A stretch of DNA of 64,000 nucleotides, taken from assembly GCF_009914755.1 (NCBI RefSeq), contig NC_060936.1, one strand, 5' to 3'. The notes under the pieces are model-generated. The model worked only from the letters and a program-made list of their open reading frames with translations. It did no database searches and was not told the DNA's origin. The DNA comes from the human T2T-CHM13v2.0 reference genome, Homo sapiens. Position numbers and translations under genes: made by a program. Within the stretch, counting starts at the first letter, position 1; each line of letters starts with the position of its first letter. Shown piece by piece: positions 1 to 36,553 of this stretch.

Positions 1-1719
<1,719 letters not shown>

Positions 1720-1720
<1 letters not shown>

Positions 1721-2090
1721 AGTTAGCAATTCAATAGTTTTTAGTATATTCACAGATACATATAACCATTATCACAATTTTAGGACAGTTTCATCACCTC
1801 TAAAAGAAACCCTTCAGCTGTTGTCCCCCAATCCCCCACCCCAATTCTCCCTAAGCAACCCCTTTTCTGCTTTCTGTGTCTTTGGATTTGCCTATTCTAG
1901 GCATTTCCTATAAATGGAACCGTACAATATATGGCCTTTGTGTCAGGGTTGTTTCACTTAACATTTTCGAGGTTCATCCATATTGTAGCAGGGATCAGAA
2001 CTTCGTTCCTTTTTATGGGAGAGTAATGTTCCATTGTGTGGATAGACTGCATTTAGTTTATCCATTCATCCATTGAATAACATTTGGGTT
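1720..2090 (-). mobile_element. Old L1 (L1MB/MC) 3' fragment, continuing at ~3310-3350
   Basis: gatttgcctattctaggcatttcc...ccattcatccattgaataacatttggg. Confidence 0.75.
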
Positions 2091-3309
2091 TGCATAGGGG
2101 AAAACAAACTGTTTTCTACCACTACACACTCAACACAGAACGCTTCTGTCACCAGATGCTAGGGGTTTTTTCCCACACCAGGCAGTTCACTTCTCTGCAG
2201 ACACCGATTTGCACTATCTGCCTGGAGATAGCATGACATGCCACAGGTTACCAACCCAGTGCCACAAGACTGCCCCCGTTGGAGACGCCAATCACAAGTG
2301 GTGAGTTCCCAGGTTTTTCACAACTTTTGCTCAACTTGGCTACAAATCAGAGGTTCTCATGACCCCCTTTTTGGTTCTATAATTTGCTAGAGCAGCTCAC
2401 AGAACCCAGGAAAACAGGTTACTTACTAGATTATTATAAAGGATATATTAATGGCCAGCAGTGGTGGCTCATGCCTGTAATCCCAGCACTTTGGGAGACC
2501 TACTAGACGGAAGGATCACTTGAGCCCAGAGTTCAAGACCAGCTTAGGCAACATAGTGAAACCCCATCTCTACAAAACAAAAAAGTTAGCCAGGCATGGT
2601 GGCATGCACCCGTAGTCCCAGCTTCATGGGAGGCTGAAGCGGGAGGATCACTTGAGCCTGGGAGGTCGAGGCTGCAGTGAGCCATGTTATGCCACTGTGT
2701 TCTAGCCCGGGCAACAGAGACGGACCCTGTCTCAAAAACAAAAAAACAAAAAACAGAGGATATATTAAAGGATTCAAATAAACAGTCAAATGAAGAGATA
2801 ACATAGGGCGAGGTTTGGAAGGGCCCATGTGCAGGAGCGTCTGTCCCCATGGGGCTGGGTTGCACCATCTTGGCACATGGATCTACTGTAGTTCACTAGC
2901 CCCGAAGCGCTCTGCATCCTGTAGTTCAGGGATTTTTATGGAGGCTTCATCACGTGGGCATGATTGATTATTATAATAACTCAGTCTCCAGCTCCTCTTC
3001 CTTTCCCAGCAGATGGGGGATGAGCCTGGAAGCTTCAAGCTTCTAACCACAGTTTGGTCTTTCTGGTGACCAGCCCCCAACCAGGAACCCACAAAAAGTT
3101 GCCTCATTAGAACAAAAGATCCTCCTATTACCCAGGAAACCCCAAGGGATTAGGAGCTCTGTGCCAGGAGCTGAGGTCAAAGACCAGATATTAGAACAAA
3201 AGAGGCACCATGCTAACATGCTTGTTGCCCAGGAAATTACAAGGGTTTTAGCATCCCAGGAACTGGGGACTAAGACCAAATACATATTCTTCTGTCATAA
3301 TATCATACA
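2091..3309 (-). mobile_element. MER21-type LTR, interrupted by an AluJ (~2453-2752)
   Basis: cacaagactgcccc...gccaatcacaagt...aatttgctagagcagctcacagaac...aatatcataca; Alu TSD aggatatattaa. Confidence 0.75.
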
Positions 3310-3470
3310 ATTGCTTCTACCTTTGGCTATTATTAAAAATATTGATATTTCCTGTAGCCTTTTAACCACCTTGACAATTTTAGGGTGATTTTTAATTAAC
3401 TTGCTTCAAAATAGATACACAGGTTCAACTCATCTTTAAAATGTCAGTTAAGGACTCTGTGAATTAGTAC

Positions 3471-4597
<1,127 letters not shown>

Positions 4598-5188
4598 GTG
4601 CAACCACTATGGAGAAGTTTGGAGGTTCTTTAACAAACTTAAAATAGAGCTACCATATGATCCAGCAATCCCACTACTGAGTGTATACCTAGAAGAAAGG
4701 AAATCAGTATATGGAAGAGATAGCTGCACTCCATGTTTATTGCAGCCCTATTCACAATAGCTAAGACTTGAAGAGACCTAAGTGTCCATCAACAGATAAA
4801 GAAAATATGCTACATATACACAATGGAGTACTATTCAGCCATAAAAAAGAATAAGGTCCTGTCATTTGCAACAGCATGGATGAAACTGGAGGTCATTCTG
4901 TTAAATGAAATAAGCCAGGTACAGAAAGACAAACTTCACAAGCTCTCACTTATTTGTGAGAGCTAAAAATTGAAACAATCGAACTCATGGAGATAGAGAG
5001 TAGGATGGTTACTAGAGGCTGGGAAGGGTAGTGGAGTTGGGGGAGGAGGGGGACGTGGGGATGGCTAATGGGTACAGAAAATAGAAAGAATGGGCGGGGC
5101 ACGGTGGCTCATGCCTGTAATCCCAGCACTTCAGGAGGCCGAGGCGGGTGGATCACCTGAGGTCAGGGGTTCAAGACCAGCCTGGCTA

Positions 5189-5465
<277 letters not shown>

Positions 5466-5669
5466 TTAATTGTACATTTTAAAATAACTAAAAGAGTATA
5501 ACTGAATTGTTTGTAACCCAAAGGATAAATGTTTAAGGTGATGGACACCCCATTCACCCTGATGAGATTATTACGCATGGCATGCCTGTGTCAAAATATC
5601 TCATGTATCCCATAAATATATACACCTACTATGTACCTAAAAGTTAAAAATTAAAAATTAACAACAAAA

Positions 5670-9235
<3,566 letters not shown>

Positions 9236-9576
9236 GAAACCGTAGTTTTTTGAAAGGTGATCAAAACCTCCTTTGGATTTTTATGGGTAAGTCTTTAATA
9301 ATTTTCATCCCTGAATATAATTAATAAACAACATGTGCTTTTATTTCCTTCCTGGTAACACACAGAACAATAATTAAAAATTTCCTTTTATTTATTTAAT
9401 AAAGACAGTGTCTTCCTATGTTGCCCAGGCTGGTCTCAAACTACTGGGCTCAGTCTTAAAGTGCTGGGATTACAGGCATGAGCCACCGTGCCTGGCCAAC
9501 AATCTGTGTTTCTTTAGTGTTTTCTTCCTTGATAGTCAAAGATGTTAGTTGTTTAGGTTTTTAAACGAGAACCTAG

Positions 9577-9891
<315 letters not shown>

Positions 9892-9894
9892 TGA

Positions 9895-10161
<267 letters not shown>

Positions 10162-10464
10162 TAGTAGATACGGGGTTTCACCGTGTTAGCCAGGATGGTC
10201 TTGATCTCCTGACCTCATGATCCGTCCGCCTGGGATTACAGGCTTGAGTTACCGAGCCCGGCCCATTTCTTCCTCTTTCCTCTTCCTTTCTTTGGCAGCT
10301 GAGTCACAGGCAGACCCCACAGGCCCCTGACAGTTGTTTAGATTTAGCTCTATGTCCTCATCCTGGCGGTCCCTCAGAAAGTCAGCAGGATTTTGTTTTG
10401 TTTCCTTTTATTTTAGCACACTTACTCATTGTTTTGGAAATATCTCACATTCCAGGTGATTTAA

Positions 10465-10968
<504 letters not shown>

Positions 10969-11461
10969 TAGCATGGCAATCTTGGCTCACTCTAACGTTC
11001 ATCTTCCAGGCTCAAACAGTCCTCCCACCTCAGCCTTCCAAGTCACTGGGACTACAGGTGCCTGCAACCATGCCCGGCTATTTTTGTATTTTTTGTAGAG
11101 ACAGGGTTTCACCATGTTGCTGAGGCTGGTCTTGAACTCCTGGGCTCAAGCAGTCCACACGCCCCGGCCTCCAAAAGTGCTAGGATTACAGGCGTGATCC
11201 ACCACACCCAGCTGATTTAAGGTGTCTTGACTAAACAACTCACCTCTTTCTAGATAAGACCCGCTGAATGTGAACTTCCAGCTGAGTAGGGAAAAAAAAA
11301 ACAAAACTCCAAGATGTGAAGATAGAGAGGAATGTAATTTCATAGCCCTATTAGAAATTCTCAGAGAGATAAATCTGAATTCATCCTGGCTAATTTCCTT
11401 CAACCTTTATAAACAAGTATAGCACCTTAATCAGCATAGGCACAGGACCTGTTTCCCTTAA

Positions 11462-12428
<967 letters not shown>

Positions 12429-13015
12429 TAGCTAGGACTACAGGCATGCACCACCATGCCCAGCTAATATTATTTTTTGTAGAGACAGGGTCTCACTATG
12501 TTGCCTAGGCTGGTCTGAAATTCCTGGCTTCAAGCGATCCTTCCACCTCGGCCTTCCAAAGCACTGGGATTACAGATGGGAGACACCGTGGCCAGCCTGA
12601 AACCTTTCTCCATGTGGAGTAGAGCAGGAAACGTAGGGGGCGGCCACACCAGGCCTTTTCAGAGCCATGGAAATGTGAGGGAAAGGCTGTGGAGGGAGCT
12701 TCTTTCCCCTGCCCCGCACACAACCTAGAGATGCAGAAAAGACAGTATGTGGCTTGCCCACAGCACAGAGCATTGCATCCTACACCGAGGAAGCATGGGC
12801 TGTCCACGGCGCTTGGTCATGTTTCAGGGTCAGAAGCTCTCAAATCCCCTGAGAGAAGCGACACAGACTTCAGTGGCATTGCCAGTGATTCCATCTCACC
12901 TCTAGTACTCAGGGCTGACAACTCTAATTACTTTATTCTATTTATTTTATTTTATTTTATTTTTTATTTTATGTATTTTATTTTTTTAATTTAATTTTAT
13001 TTATTTTATTTTTGA

Positions 13016-13123
<108 letters not shown>

Positions 13124-13190
13124 TAGCTGGGATTACAGGCGCTCACCACCACACCCGGCTAATTTTTGTTTTTTTTGTTTTTGTTTTTGA

Positions 13191-13420
<230 letters not shown>

Positions 13421-13590
13421 TGATCCCCCTGCCTTGGCTTCCCAAAGTGCTGGGATTACAGGCATGAGCCATCGCTTCCAGCCTGTAATTATTTTAATAT
13501 TGTACCTAAAGCCAGTCCGTCCTGTGTTTTGGAACACTAAGGCTGGTTAGAGATACCTGGAAATATGAGACCTGGGTTCATCTTGGGAAT

Positions 13591-13591
13591 C

Positions 13592-13623
<32 letters not shown>
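13591..13623. repeat. (CA)n microsatellite with one interruption
   Basis: Direct reading. Confidence 0.9.
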
Positions 13624-13942
13624 TCACAATCCTTTCCTAACCCTGAGAAGTAAATACTGTTGAGAATTCTTCATCATTAGTTATTTACCTACAAGATGAA
13701 AAAGCTCAGCTGGGCACAGTGGCTCACGCCTGTAATCCCAGCACTTTGGGAGGCCGAGGCGGGCAGATGGCTTGAGCCCAGGAGTTCATGATCAGCCTGG
13801 GCGACATAGCAAGACCCTGTCTCTACAAAAAAAAAAAAAAAAAAATTAGGCCGGGTGCATTGGCTCACGCCTGTAATCCCAGCACTTTGGGAGGCCGAGG
13901 CGGGCAGATCACGAGGTCAGGAGATCGAGACCATCCTGGCTA

Positions 13943-14176
<234 letters not shown>

Positions 14177-14453
14177 CTACTCAGGAGGCTGAGGCGGGGA
14201 GTACGAGGCTGCAGGAAGCCATGATTGCGCCACTGCACTCCAGCCTGGGCTACGAAGACCCTCTCTCCCCTCCAACCAAAAAAAGATGAAAAAGCTCATT
14301 TCTTTCGCTTTTGCTGTAGCAACATGTTGTGTCATCATTTCTGTCCAGCGAGGGATACACAGGGATGTGAAAGGGCCACTGTCAGTCTAGGGATTCTTCT
14401 TCCCATTGGATAAAACTAACACCTTGGGTTTGCTTTTTCAGAACCTCGAAGTC

Positions 14454-16340
<1,887 letters not shown>

Positions 16341-16623
16341 GGGTCATTTCTAGAAGGTGGTGACACAGCTAGGTGAGTTCTCTGTCGACCACCCCCTCCC
16401 CCAACATTATTAGAGCAATTTGTGTTTCATTCAAGGGCGTAATCTAGTCTGTTCCAGCAGCCAGGCAGCCTTCCCTTTAGGGGTTGTGTAGCTGTCTTTG
16501 TTCATTGGTGTGTTTATTCTGCAAACATCTGTCTTAATAAAGAAGTGTGGGAACAAGAGTCATGACCAACAGCAAGAGGATAAAGGCTGTGTGAAGTGGA
16601 AGCTCAAGAAATATCGGAGGAGG

Positions 16624-18860
<2,237 letters not shown>

Positions 18861-19373
18861 CATTTATTATTTTGATAAATATGTACTGAGTTCAAAAAAA
18901 TAAAAGGAAAACTGACAGCTATTTGTGACAAGAAAGTATTTAAGGGAAATACTTATTATCTTCACATCGCCTTCTCTGGGTGTCAGACTGGGAAGCGTCA
19001 CTGAGGTCCTTCAAGGAGCAAGCGAGGCCAGGCACAGATTCCAGGGACACCGCTAAAGCACAGTGAGAACTCATTTGTTTTTATCTTAATGTTTATAGGA
19101 AAAATAATGTTTGAGGGTAAATGATTGTTATCGGCCCACAAAGGGCAAAGAAAGGGCAGGCTGTACAAATCTAACCGCAGTTCCTCCTGTCAGTCTTTCT
19201 CAGCATTGCCAGAAGAGAAATCCGTGGCGCAAATACGGTGTCATGTGACCATTTGGCTTCAGTTGACTGGACCAGCTACTGTCATCCATGCCTGGAAAGT
19301 CATCCACAGGCTGGCCAGAAGCCCATGAAGTGACCTGGTACAAAAGCTTTGCTCAAAAGGACATGCTCTAGCT

Positions 19374-20424
<1,051 letters not shown>

Positions 20425-21334
20425 GTTGGCTAGTGACTACTGGACTCCTATCCCCCACCCACAGGGAACGGGCATTGCTGGACGGTGGCAACAATCCAGT
20501 GGGGTCTTCTCTTCATGGAAGTCTGAACTTGAAACATATAAGAAATTGACACTGCCACTGGAGTTGTGCAGAGGCCAGAAAGAGGACAGGTGGTAGATAC
20601 TGTGGGTAAGGAAAAGCCAGGAGGTGAGCAGGAAACCAAGTCAGAAGTCAGAGGCACAGTCAACGAAGCAGTGCCACGAGGATGGTGCCAATGCCTGTGG
20701 TTGCCCAGCAACCACATTTCATCAATCTGAAGATGCACCTTTCCCCGCCCCCCGCCCCGCATTTTGGCATTTTGGAATGTGTCTAACAACAGACGATGTC
20801 TTATTTGCTGCTTTTGGTCGGGCGGCAGCCCTGAGGTTGCTGGGACTGCCCGCAGGTAGGTGAACTCCTAGAGCGTTGTGATCCCCACGGGCAGAGCAGG
20901 CGCTGGTGGCTTTGGGAACACCGCGGGACCCTTTTCACTCCTAAGAATCCGAGGGTCAGATGCGTTTGGCAACATTCTCACAGGAGGAGTCAGAGGAGGC
21001 TCTCCTGCATGATGGGTGAGCCGGCATAGGAATTGTGCCAAGGGCCATTAGATTTTGTAGAGACTCTGAACCCCCTGTCCAGAGGACAGGAGCTGAGGAC
21101 AACAGCAGGCGAAAAACACAAACCTCAAAGTGCGTGCACTGGAAAGAGACCAGAAAGCCAGATTGAAAATGTGGAGGTGTTGCAGGAGTAAATCACCGGT
21201 TTCCCTTACATCATCCTCTTTACTTTATTTACTTATTTACAGACAGGGTCTCGAACTCCTGGGTTCAGCGATCTTCCTGCCTCGGTTTCCTGAGTAGCTG
21301 AGATTGCAGGTGCCTTTTTACTTACAAAAATTTT

Positions 21335-22500
<1,166 letters not shown>

Positions 22501-22603
22501 TTCTTTTCATATATACACAAGACTGATATAGGAAATAAAGAAACACTGGAGACTAAAAGAGTCAAATGAAATTTTGAAGCAATAAGAAAGAAGTATATTA
22601 TAG

Positions 22604-22960
<357 letters not shown>

Positions 22961-23225
22961 TAGCCAGGCTGGTCTCAAACTTCTGACCACAGGTGACCCA
23001 CCCCCCTCAGCCTCCCAAAGTGCTGGGATTACAGGCGTGAGCCACCGCGCCCGGCCTGTTTTTCTTTCTTCATAGTTTATGAAATAATGATACACAGCTT
23101 CTAAGAGATGGTATCTGAGACTTGATTAAAGACCGGTTCCAGTTCTTCATGAGGCTCCACAGTTTCCAGAGCATTCTTGCTTGCCCACGATTGCTTCTAT
23201 AACTTCCATCACCTTGGTCACCTGA

Positions 23226-23827
<602 letters not shown>

Positions 23828-24624
23828 TGAGATAGAGTCTTGCTCTGTCACTCAGGCTAGAGTGGAGGGGCGTAATCTCGACTCACTGCAACCTCCACCT
23901 CCCGGGTTCAAGCAATTCTTGTGCCTCAGGCCCGCAAGTAGCTAGGATTACAGGCACACGCCACTGTGCCCAGCTAATTTTTTGTATTTTTAGTAGCAAC
24001 GGGGTTTCACTATGTTGGCCAAGTTGGTCTCAAACTCCTAAACTCAGATTGGTCTCGAACCCCTGGCCTCAAGTGATCCGCCCACCTCGGTCTCCCAGAG
24101 TGCTGGGATTACAGATGTGAGCCACTGTGGCTGGACCCCTCACTGTTTTAAAGACTTGAATTATTGAGGTATTTGCTTTAAAGGTAACAATCTTTACAGT
24201 GTTGAGATACAGACTAAGGCCGGGTGCAGTGGCTCATACCTGTAATCCCAGCACTTTGGGAGGTCAAAGTGGGAGGATTGCTTGAGCCCAGGAGTTCAAG
24301 ACCAGCCTGGGTGGGCAACATGAGACTTCAACACTATAAATAATTAAAAATTAGCTGGGCATGGTGGTACATGCCTGTGGTCCCAGCTTCTCAGGAGGCT
24401 GAGGTGGGAGGATCACTTGAGCTCAGGCCATCGAGGCTGCAGTGAGCTGTGATCACGCCACCACACTGCAGCTGGGGTGACAGAACGAGACCTTGTCTCA
24501 AAAAAAAAAAAGAGAGAGATTACAGACTGGTCTTTAGCTCAGTGTTTCTCGACCTTTCTTTCTCATTATTGCCCCTCCCCACTTTGCCTTTTTAGATTTT
24601 TTTCCTTAGATTTCCCACCATGAA

Positions 24625-25690
<1,066 letters not shown>

Positions 25691-27664
25691 TTCCTCCCAT
25701 GCAGCTTGATTTTATTTTATTTTATTTTATTTATTTGGTTTTATTTCGAGACAGGGTCTCTCTCTGTTGCCCAGTTTGGAGTGCAATGGTGTAATCATGG
25801 CTCACTGTAGCCTCAAACTCCTGGCTCAAGCCATCCTCCTATGTCGGCCTCCTGAGTATGGGAAAACAGGTATGTATGACCACACCCAGCTGATTTTTAA
25901 TTTTTATTTATTTATTTATTTGAGACAGGGTCTCACTCTGTTGCTCAGGCTGGAGTGTAGTGGTATGATCAAAACTCACTGCAGCCTCAAATTCCCAAGC
26001 TCAAGCAATCCTCCCACCTCAGCCCTCCAAGTTATTTTTTATTTTTATTTTTGTAGAGATGGGGTCTTGCTATGTTGCCCAGGTTGGTTTCAAACTCCTA
26101 GGTTCAAGCAGTCCTCCCACCTTAGCCTCCCCACTATACTTGGCCCCATGGAATTTTTTTTTTTTTTTTTTTTTTTTTTTTGTGACAGAGTCTCACTCTG
26201 TCGCCTAGGCTGGAGTGCAGTGGCATGATCTTGGCTTACTGCAACCTCCCAGGTTCAAGGGATTCTCATGCCTCAGCCTCCCAAAGTAGCTGGGATTATA
26301 GGCATGTGCCACCACGCCGGGCTAATTTTTGTATTTGTAATAGAGACGGGGTTTTGTAATGTTGGCCAGCTGGTCTGGAATGCCTGACCTCGAGTGATCT
26401 GCCCACCTCGGCCTCCCAAAGTTCTGAGATTGTAGCCACGAGCCACCGCACCCAAATTTTAATTCCACAGGCCAGGTTCGGTGGCTCACACATGTAATCC
26501 GAGTACTTTGGGAGGTCAAGGCAGGCAGATCACCTAAGGTCAGGAGTTTGAGACCAGCCTGGCCAACATGGTGAAACCCCGTCTCTACTAAAAATAACAA
26601 AAATTAGCCGGACGTGTTGGTGTTCACCTGTAATCCCAGCTACTAGGGGGACTGAGGCAGGAGAATCACTTGAACATGGGAGGCAGAGGTTGCAGTGAGC
26701 CAAGATCATGCCACTGTGCTCCAGCTTGGGAGACAGAGTGAGACTCGACTCAAAAAAAAAAAAAAAATTCCACAGATAGACTGTGTATTTGTTCATATAC
26801 TGTGGTCCTTGGGAGGGCAAACCTTGTGTCTAATGGAAACACGTGCAGGGGACACAGACTCAGAAGACTATAGGAATTTATAAAATCACTGCTGGCTCAC
26901 CAAAAACACAATAGCCAACCCTTCGGGCCAGTAGGCTACCAGATTAAAGACTCTGATTCATCTTATTTTGTTAAAATTTATATATAGACAGACAAATACA
27001 GAATCTTTTATTGGGTATGTTAATGTGTTCATATATCTATTTTTTTTTTTTGAGACGAAGTCTCACTCTGTTGCCCAGGCTGGAGGGCAGTGGCACGATC
27101 TCTGCTCACTGCAACCTCCACCTCCCAGTTCAAGTGATTCTCCTGCCTCAGCCTCCCGAGTAGCTGAGACCACAGGCACGCGCCACCATGCCCGGCTAAT
27201 TTTGGTATTTTTAGTAGAGACAGTGTTTCACTATGTTGGCCATGCTGGTCTCAAACTCCTGACCTTGTGATCTGCCCGCCTCAGCCTCCTAAAGTGCTGG
27301 GATTACAGGCGTGAGCCACTGCTCCTGGCCTTTTTTTTTTTTTTTTGTGAGATAAGGTCTCACTTTGTTACCCAGGCTAGAGTGCAGTGGCTCAATCTCA
27401 GCTCACTGCCCACCTCCCAGGCTCAAGCGATCCTCCCACCTCAGCCTCCTGAGTAGCTGGTACCACAAGCACACACCACCACACCTGGGGTAATCTTTTT
27501 TTTTTTTTTTTTTTTTTTGTAAAGATGGGTTTCACCATGTTTCCCAGGCTGATCTTGAACTCCTGGATTCAAGCTATTTGCCCACCTCGAACTCCTAAAG
27601 TACTAGGATTACAGGCTCGAGCCACTGCACCTGGCCCATATACCCAATTTTATTTTAGACTACT

Positions 27665-28051
27665 CCAGGCAAACTTAGTCCTGCAAACTTTACCTGTGCT
27701 GTAAATATTTCAGGCTTGCAAGTCATGCAGTCTCTGTCCCAACTACTCAACTCTGCCTTGTAGTGACAAAGAAGCCACAGATCATACGTAAATGAATGCA
27801 AATACTCTAGGGTGAGAGGACAGAGGCCCCTGGGGTGCACACTCTAAGGAGACACTCATCTCAGGTCCTGAAAGTGCAGGGGTGATGCTGAGAGTGAGCG
27901 AGTGGTTCAGCCTCTCCCTAGTCCTGGCCCTGTGAATAGCTATGTTCCAATAAAACTTTATTTATAAAAGACTTTATTTATTTTTTTAAAACTTTATTTA
28001 TAAAAGGTGGCAGGCTAGTTTGGCCTGTGGGCTGTGGTTTGCCACCCCTGG
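27665..28051 (+). mobile_element. MER58A hAT-Charlie MITE with a nested MER96-like element (~27806-27932)
   Basis: gtcccaactactcaactctgccttgtagt...atgttccaataaaactttattta...tttggcctgtgggctgtggtttgccacccctg; the insert is ctagggtgag...ctgagagtgagcg...ccctagtcctggccctg. Confidence 0.7.
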
Positions 28052-28174
28052 TAAAGCTTTTTCTCATCTGACTCCTGGTTTTCCAGCTCAACCCACATAA
28101 GTCTCCCAACCCCTCCCTACAAGTAACAGATATTAACCCATAGGCGTTCTCTATGCTTTCCTGTGTCTGCATAA

Positions 28175-28429
<255 letters not shown>

Positions 28430-29204
28430 TGAGTAGCTGAGACTACAGGCATGCACCACCACGCCCAGCTAATTTTTTTGTATTTTTAGTAGAGACGGGG
28501 TTTCACCATGTTGGCCAGGATGGTCTCGATCTCTTGACCTCATGATCCACCTGTCTTGGCCTCCCAAAGTGCTGGGATTACAGGCGGGAGCCACCACGCC
28601 CGGCCGGCATTGATTCCTTTTATATAGCTATATGATATTCCATAGGGTGGAAGTAGCATTATTTGTTATGCCTTTTCTTTTTGATGGGCGTTCACTTTGT
28701 GGTCAGTTTTCTGCCACATGCACACACACAAAAACAGTGCTCCAATACACATTCTTGTCCTTAAGTGTTGGTGTTTTTATTTCTTTGGATAGATTCTCAA
28801 GAGTGGGATTAGAAGATCAAAGGGTATGTTTAGTTTCCATTTTAACAGATGTTGCCAAATTGCTTTCCCAAATGACTGCAAAACTTCATATCTGAGCATG
28901 CCCTTTTCTCCATATTCCTGCCAGCATTTGAGATTTTTTTTCTCGTTTTAGCTTGATGAATCAGTTTATTCTGAGGAATGTAGAGAGATGTCTCATTGCT
29001 GCTTTCATTCGCAAGTGTCTGACCCCTGTAAGTTTGAGGGTCTCTTCATACTGTTGGTTACCCATTTGGTTTTGCTCCTCCGCAAATGGTCTATTTATAG
29101 TCTAAGTCCATTTCTGTATTGGTTGATTCTCTTTTTCAGAACAATTTGTAAAAGCTCTTTATATAGTGTCCATTTGACTTTTGGCTTTCATCTACAAAGT
29201 GATT

Positions 29205-29460
29205 AAGAGGTTTGGTGCTGGGGCAGGCTGCCAAAGGTTACATCTTGACTGAGCCCTGACTGGCCACATGACCTCAGCAAATTATTTACCTTCATTATTT
29301 AACCTCTGTACTCAACTATAAAATAGTGATCATCATCATCATCATCACGGTAATTCCTCCTTCATAGTGCTGTTAGAGATGATGAGTTAATGTGTGTCAG
29401 GTACGTAGAATTCAGCCTGGCACACACTAAGTTCATCAATAGAAGTTGGTGACTATTATT
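29205..29460 (+). mobile_element. MIR, within an old L1ME-type fragment (~28100-29610, -)
   Basis: Degenerate MIR core (tgacctcagcaaattattta...aaaatagtgat...cctggcacacactaagt). Confidence 0.65.
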
Positions 29461-29616
29461 TGTATTACAAATATTTTTTCAGCTCCATCATTTGAATTGG
29501 TTTTATTTCTGGTATCCCTTGTCACACAAAATGTTTCAGTGTTTATACGGTCAAATATATCCGTCTTTTTTTCCCCTAGCTTCTGAGTTCCCAGGCTTGG
29601 TAAGAAGGTCTCCTTG

Positions 29617-32325
<2,709 letters not shown>

Positions 32326-32523
32326 ACTCCCCTTCTCCCTCACCCCAGTGAGATGACACCTTTAGAGCGCTTTCGCTTCCCCTCTCTTCCATTTCCCCTG
32401 CCCCCTGTTCCCTGAGAGACTCATGAAACACATCTATTCCCCACCCCACTTTCTGAGGTTTGGCTGAGATAATCTAGCATTTCTTATAATTTCCCTTATG
32501 GGATATCCGTTTGGTTTCAATAA

Positions 32524-34879
<2,356 letters not shown>

Positions 34880-35155
34880 ATGAAAGGTCATTCCTATGCT
34901 GTATTTGGATTTCCTGAAGGTCTCTTGTTTATTACTGTTTTTAATTCAGAGATGCCCCTGTCTGCTTCAGCACTGTGGGTTCTCATTTCTCTGTGGGCTC
35001 CTGTGTCTGGGTGCTGGGGCCCCTTCAGTGGGTCGTTAATCCTCTTGGTCAGTCACTCGGTCAGTCAAATCCGGTTGTTGATGCTTTCCTACATGGGTAA
35101 ATCCCCAGGTAGAAGTAGGTGGAACAGCCTCTGCTGCCATGGGCTTGAGACATAG

Positions 35156-36553
35156 TGTGTCCGGAATTGGTGGGTTCTTGGTCTTACTGACTTCAAGAAT
35201 GAAGCCGCGGACCCTCGCGGTGAGTGTTACAGTTCTTAAAGGCAGCGTGTGCGGAGTTTGTTCCTTCTGATGTTCGGATGTCTTTGGAGTTTCTTCCTTC
35301 TGGTGGGTTCGTGGTCTCGCTGGCTCAGGAGTGAAGCAGCAGACCTTCGTGGTGTTACAGCTCTTAAGGTGCATGTCTGGAGTTGTTCGTTCCTCCCGGT
35401 GGGCTCGTGGTCTCTCTGGCTTCAGGAGTGAAACTGCAGACCTTCGTGGTGAGTGTTACAGCTTATATAGGCAGTGTGGACCCAAAGAGTGAGCAGTAGC
35501 AACATTTATTGCAAAGAGCAAAAGAACAAAGCTTCCACAAGGTGGAAGAGGACCCTAGCGGGTTGCCTTTGCTGCCGCTGGCAGCCTGCTTTTATTCTCT
35601 TATCTGGCCCCACCCACATCCTACTGATTGGTCCATTTTACAGAGAGCCGAGTGGTCTGTTTTGACAGGGTGCTGATTGGTGCGTTTACAATCCCTGAGC
35701 TAGACACAAAGGTTCTCCACATCCCCACCAGAGTAGCTAGATACAGAGTGTCCACACAAAGGTTCTCCAAGTCCCCGCCCAGAGTAGCTAGATAGAGAGT
35801 GTCCATTGGTGCATTCACAAACCATGAGCTAGACACAGGGTGCTGACTGGTGTGTTTGCAAACCTTGAGCTAGATACAGAGTGCCGATTGGTGTATTTAC
35901 AATCCCTTAGCTAGACATAAAGGTTCTCCAAGTCCCCACCAGACTCAGGAGCCCAGCTGGCTTCACCCAGTGGATCCTGCCCTGGAGCCGCAGGTGGAGC
36001 TGCCTGCCAGTCCGTGCTGTGCGCCTGCACTCCTCAGCCCTTGGGTGGTCAGTGGGACTGGGCGCCATGGAGCAGGGGGCCGTGCTCCTCAGGGAGGCTC
36101 GGGCCACGCAGGAGCCCACGGAGGGGGTTGGGGGAGGCTCAGGCATGACGGGCTGCAGGTCCCCAGCCCTGCCCCGCAGGAAGGCAGCTAAGGCCCGGCG
36201 AGAAATTGAGCACAGCAGCTGCTGGCCCAGGTGCTAAGGCCCTCACTGCCCGGGGCCTGAGCGGCCGACCGGCCGCTCCGAGTGCGGGGGCCCGCTGAGC
36301 CCACGCCCACCTGGAACTCGCGCTGGCCCGCAAGCACCGCGCGCAGCCCCGGTTCCCGCCCGCGCCCCTCCCTCCACACCTCCCCGCAAGCTGAGGGAGC
36401 GGGCTCCGGCCTTGGCCAGCCCAGAAAGGGGCTCCCACAGTGCAGCGGCGGGCTGAAGGGCTCCTCAAGTGCGGCCAAAGAGGGAGCCCAGGCAGAGGAG
36501 GCGCCGAGAGCGAGCAAGGGCTGTGAGGACTGCCAGCACGCTGTCACCTCTCA
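35156..36553 (-). mobile_element. Solo LTR12C (ERV9 LTR), ~1.4 kb
   Basis: Minus strand starts TGAGAGGTGACAGCGTGCTGGCAGTCC and ends CCAATTCCGGACACA. CpG-rich U3; GATA/CCAAT enhancer repeats ~35690-35940; CCAAT 35627-35631; AATAAAA TATA-equivalent ~35590-35596; poly(A) AATAAA 35505-35510; U5 repeats. 4-bp TSD atag/gtag, the mismatch explained by CpG decay. Confidence 0.93.

Noticed and set aside
20888-20912. Possible CTCF site (gcaggcgctggtggc)
   Set aside because: Only half of the core matches in either orientation.
35200-35940. Regularly spaced repeats superficially like a CRISPR array
   Set aside because: These are the U3 enhancer and U5 tandem repeats of ERV9 LTR12, in human DNA with no unique spacers or cas genes.
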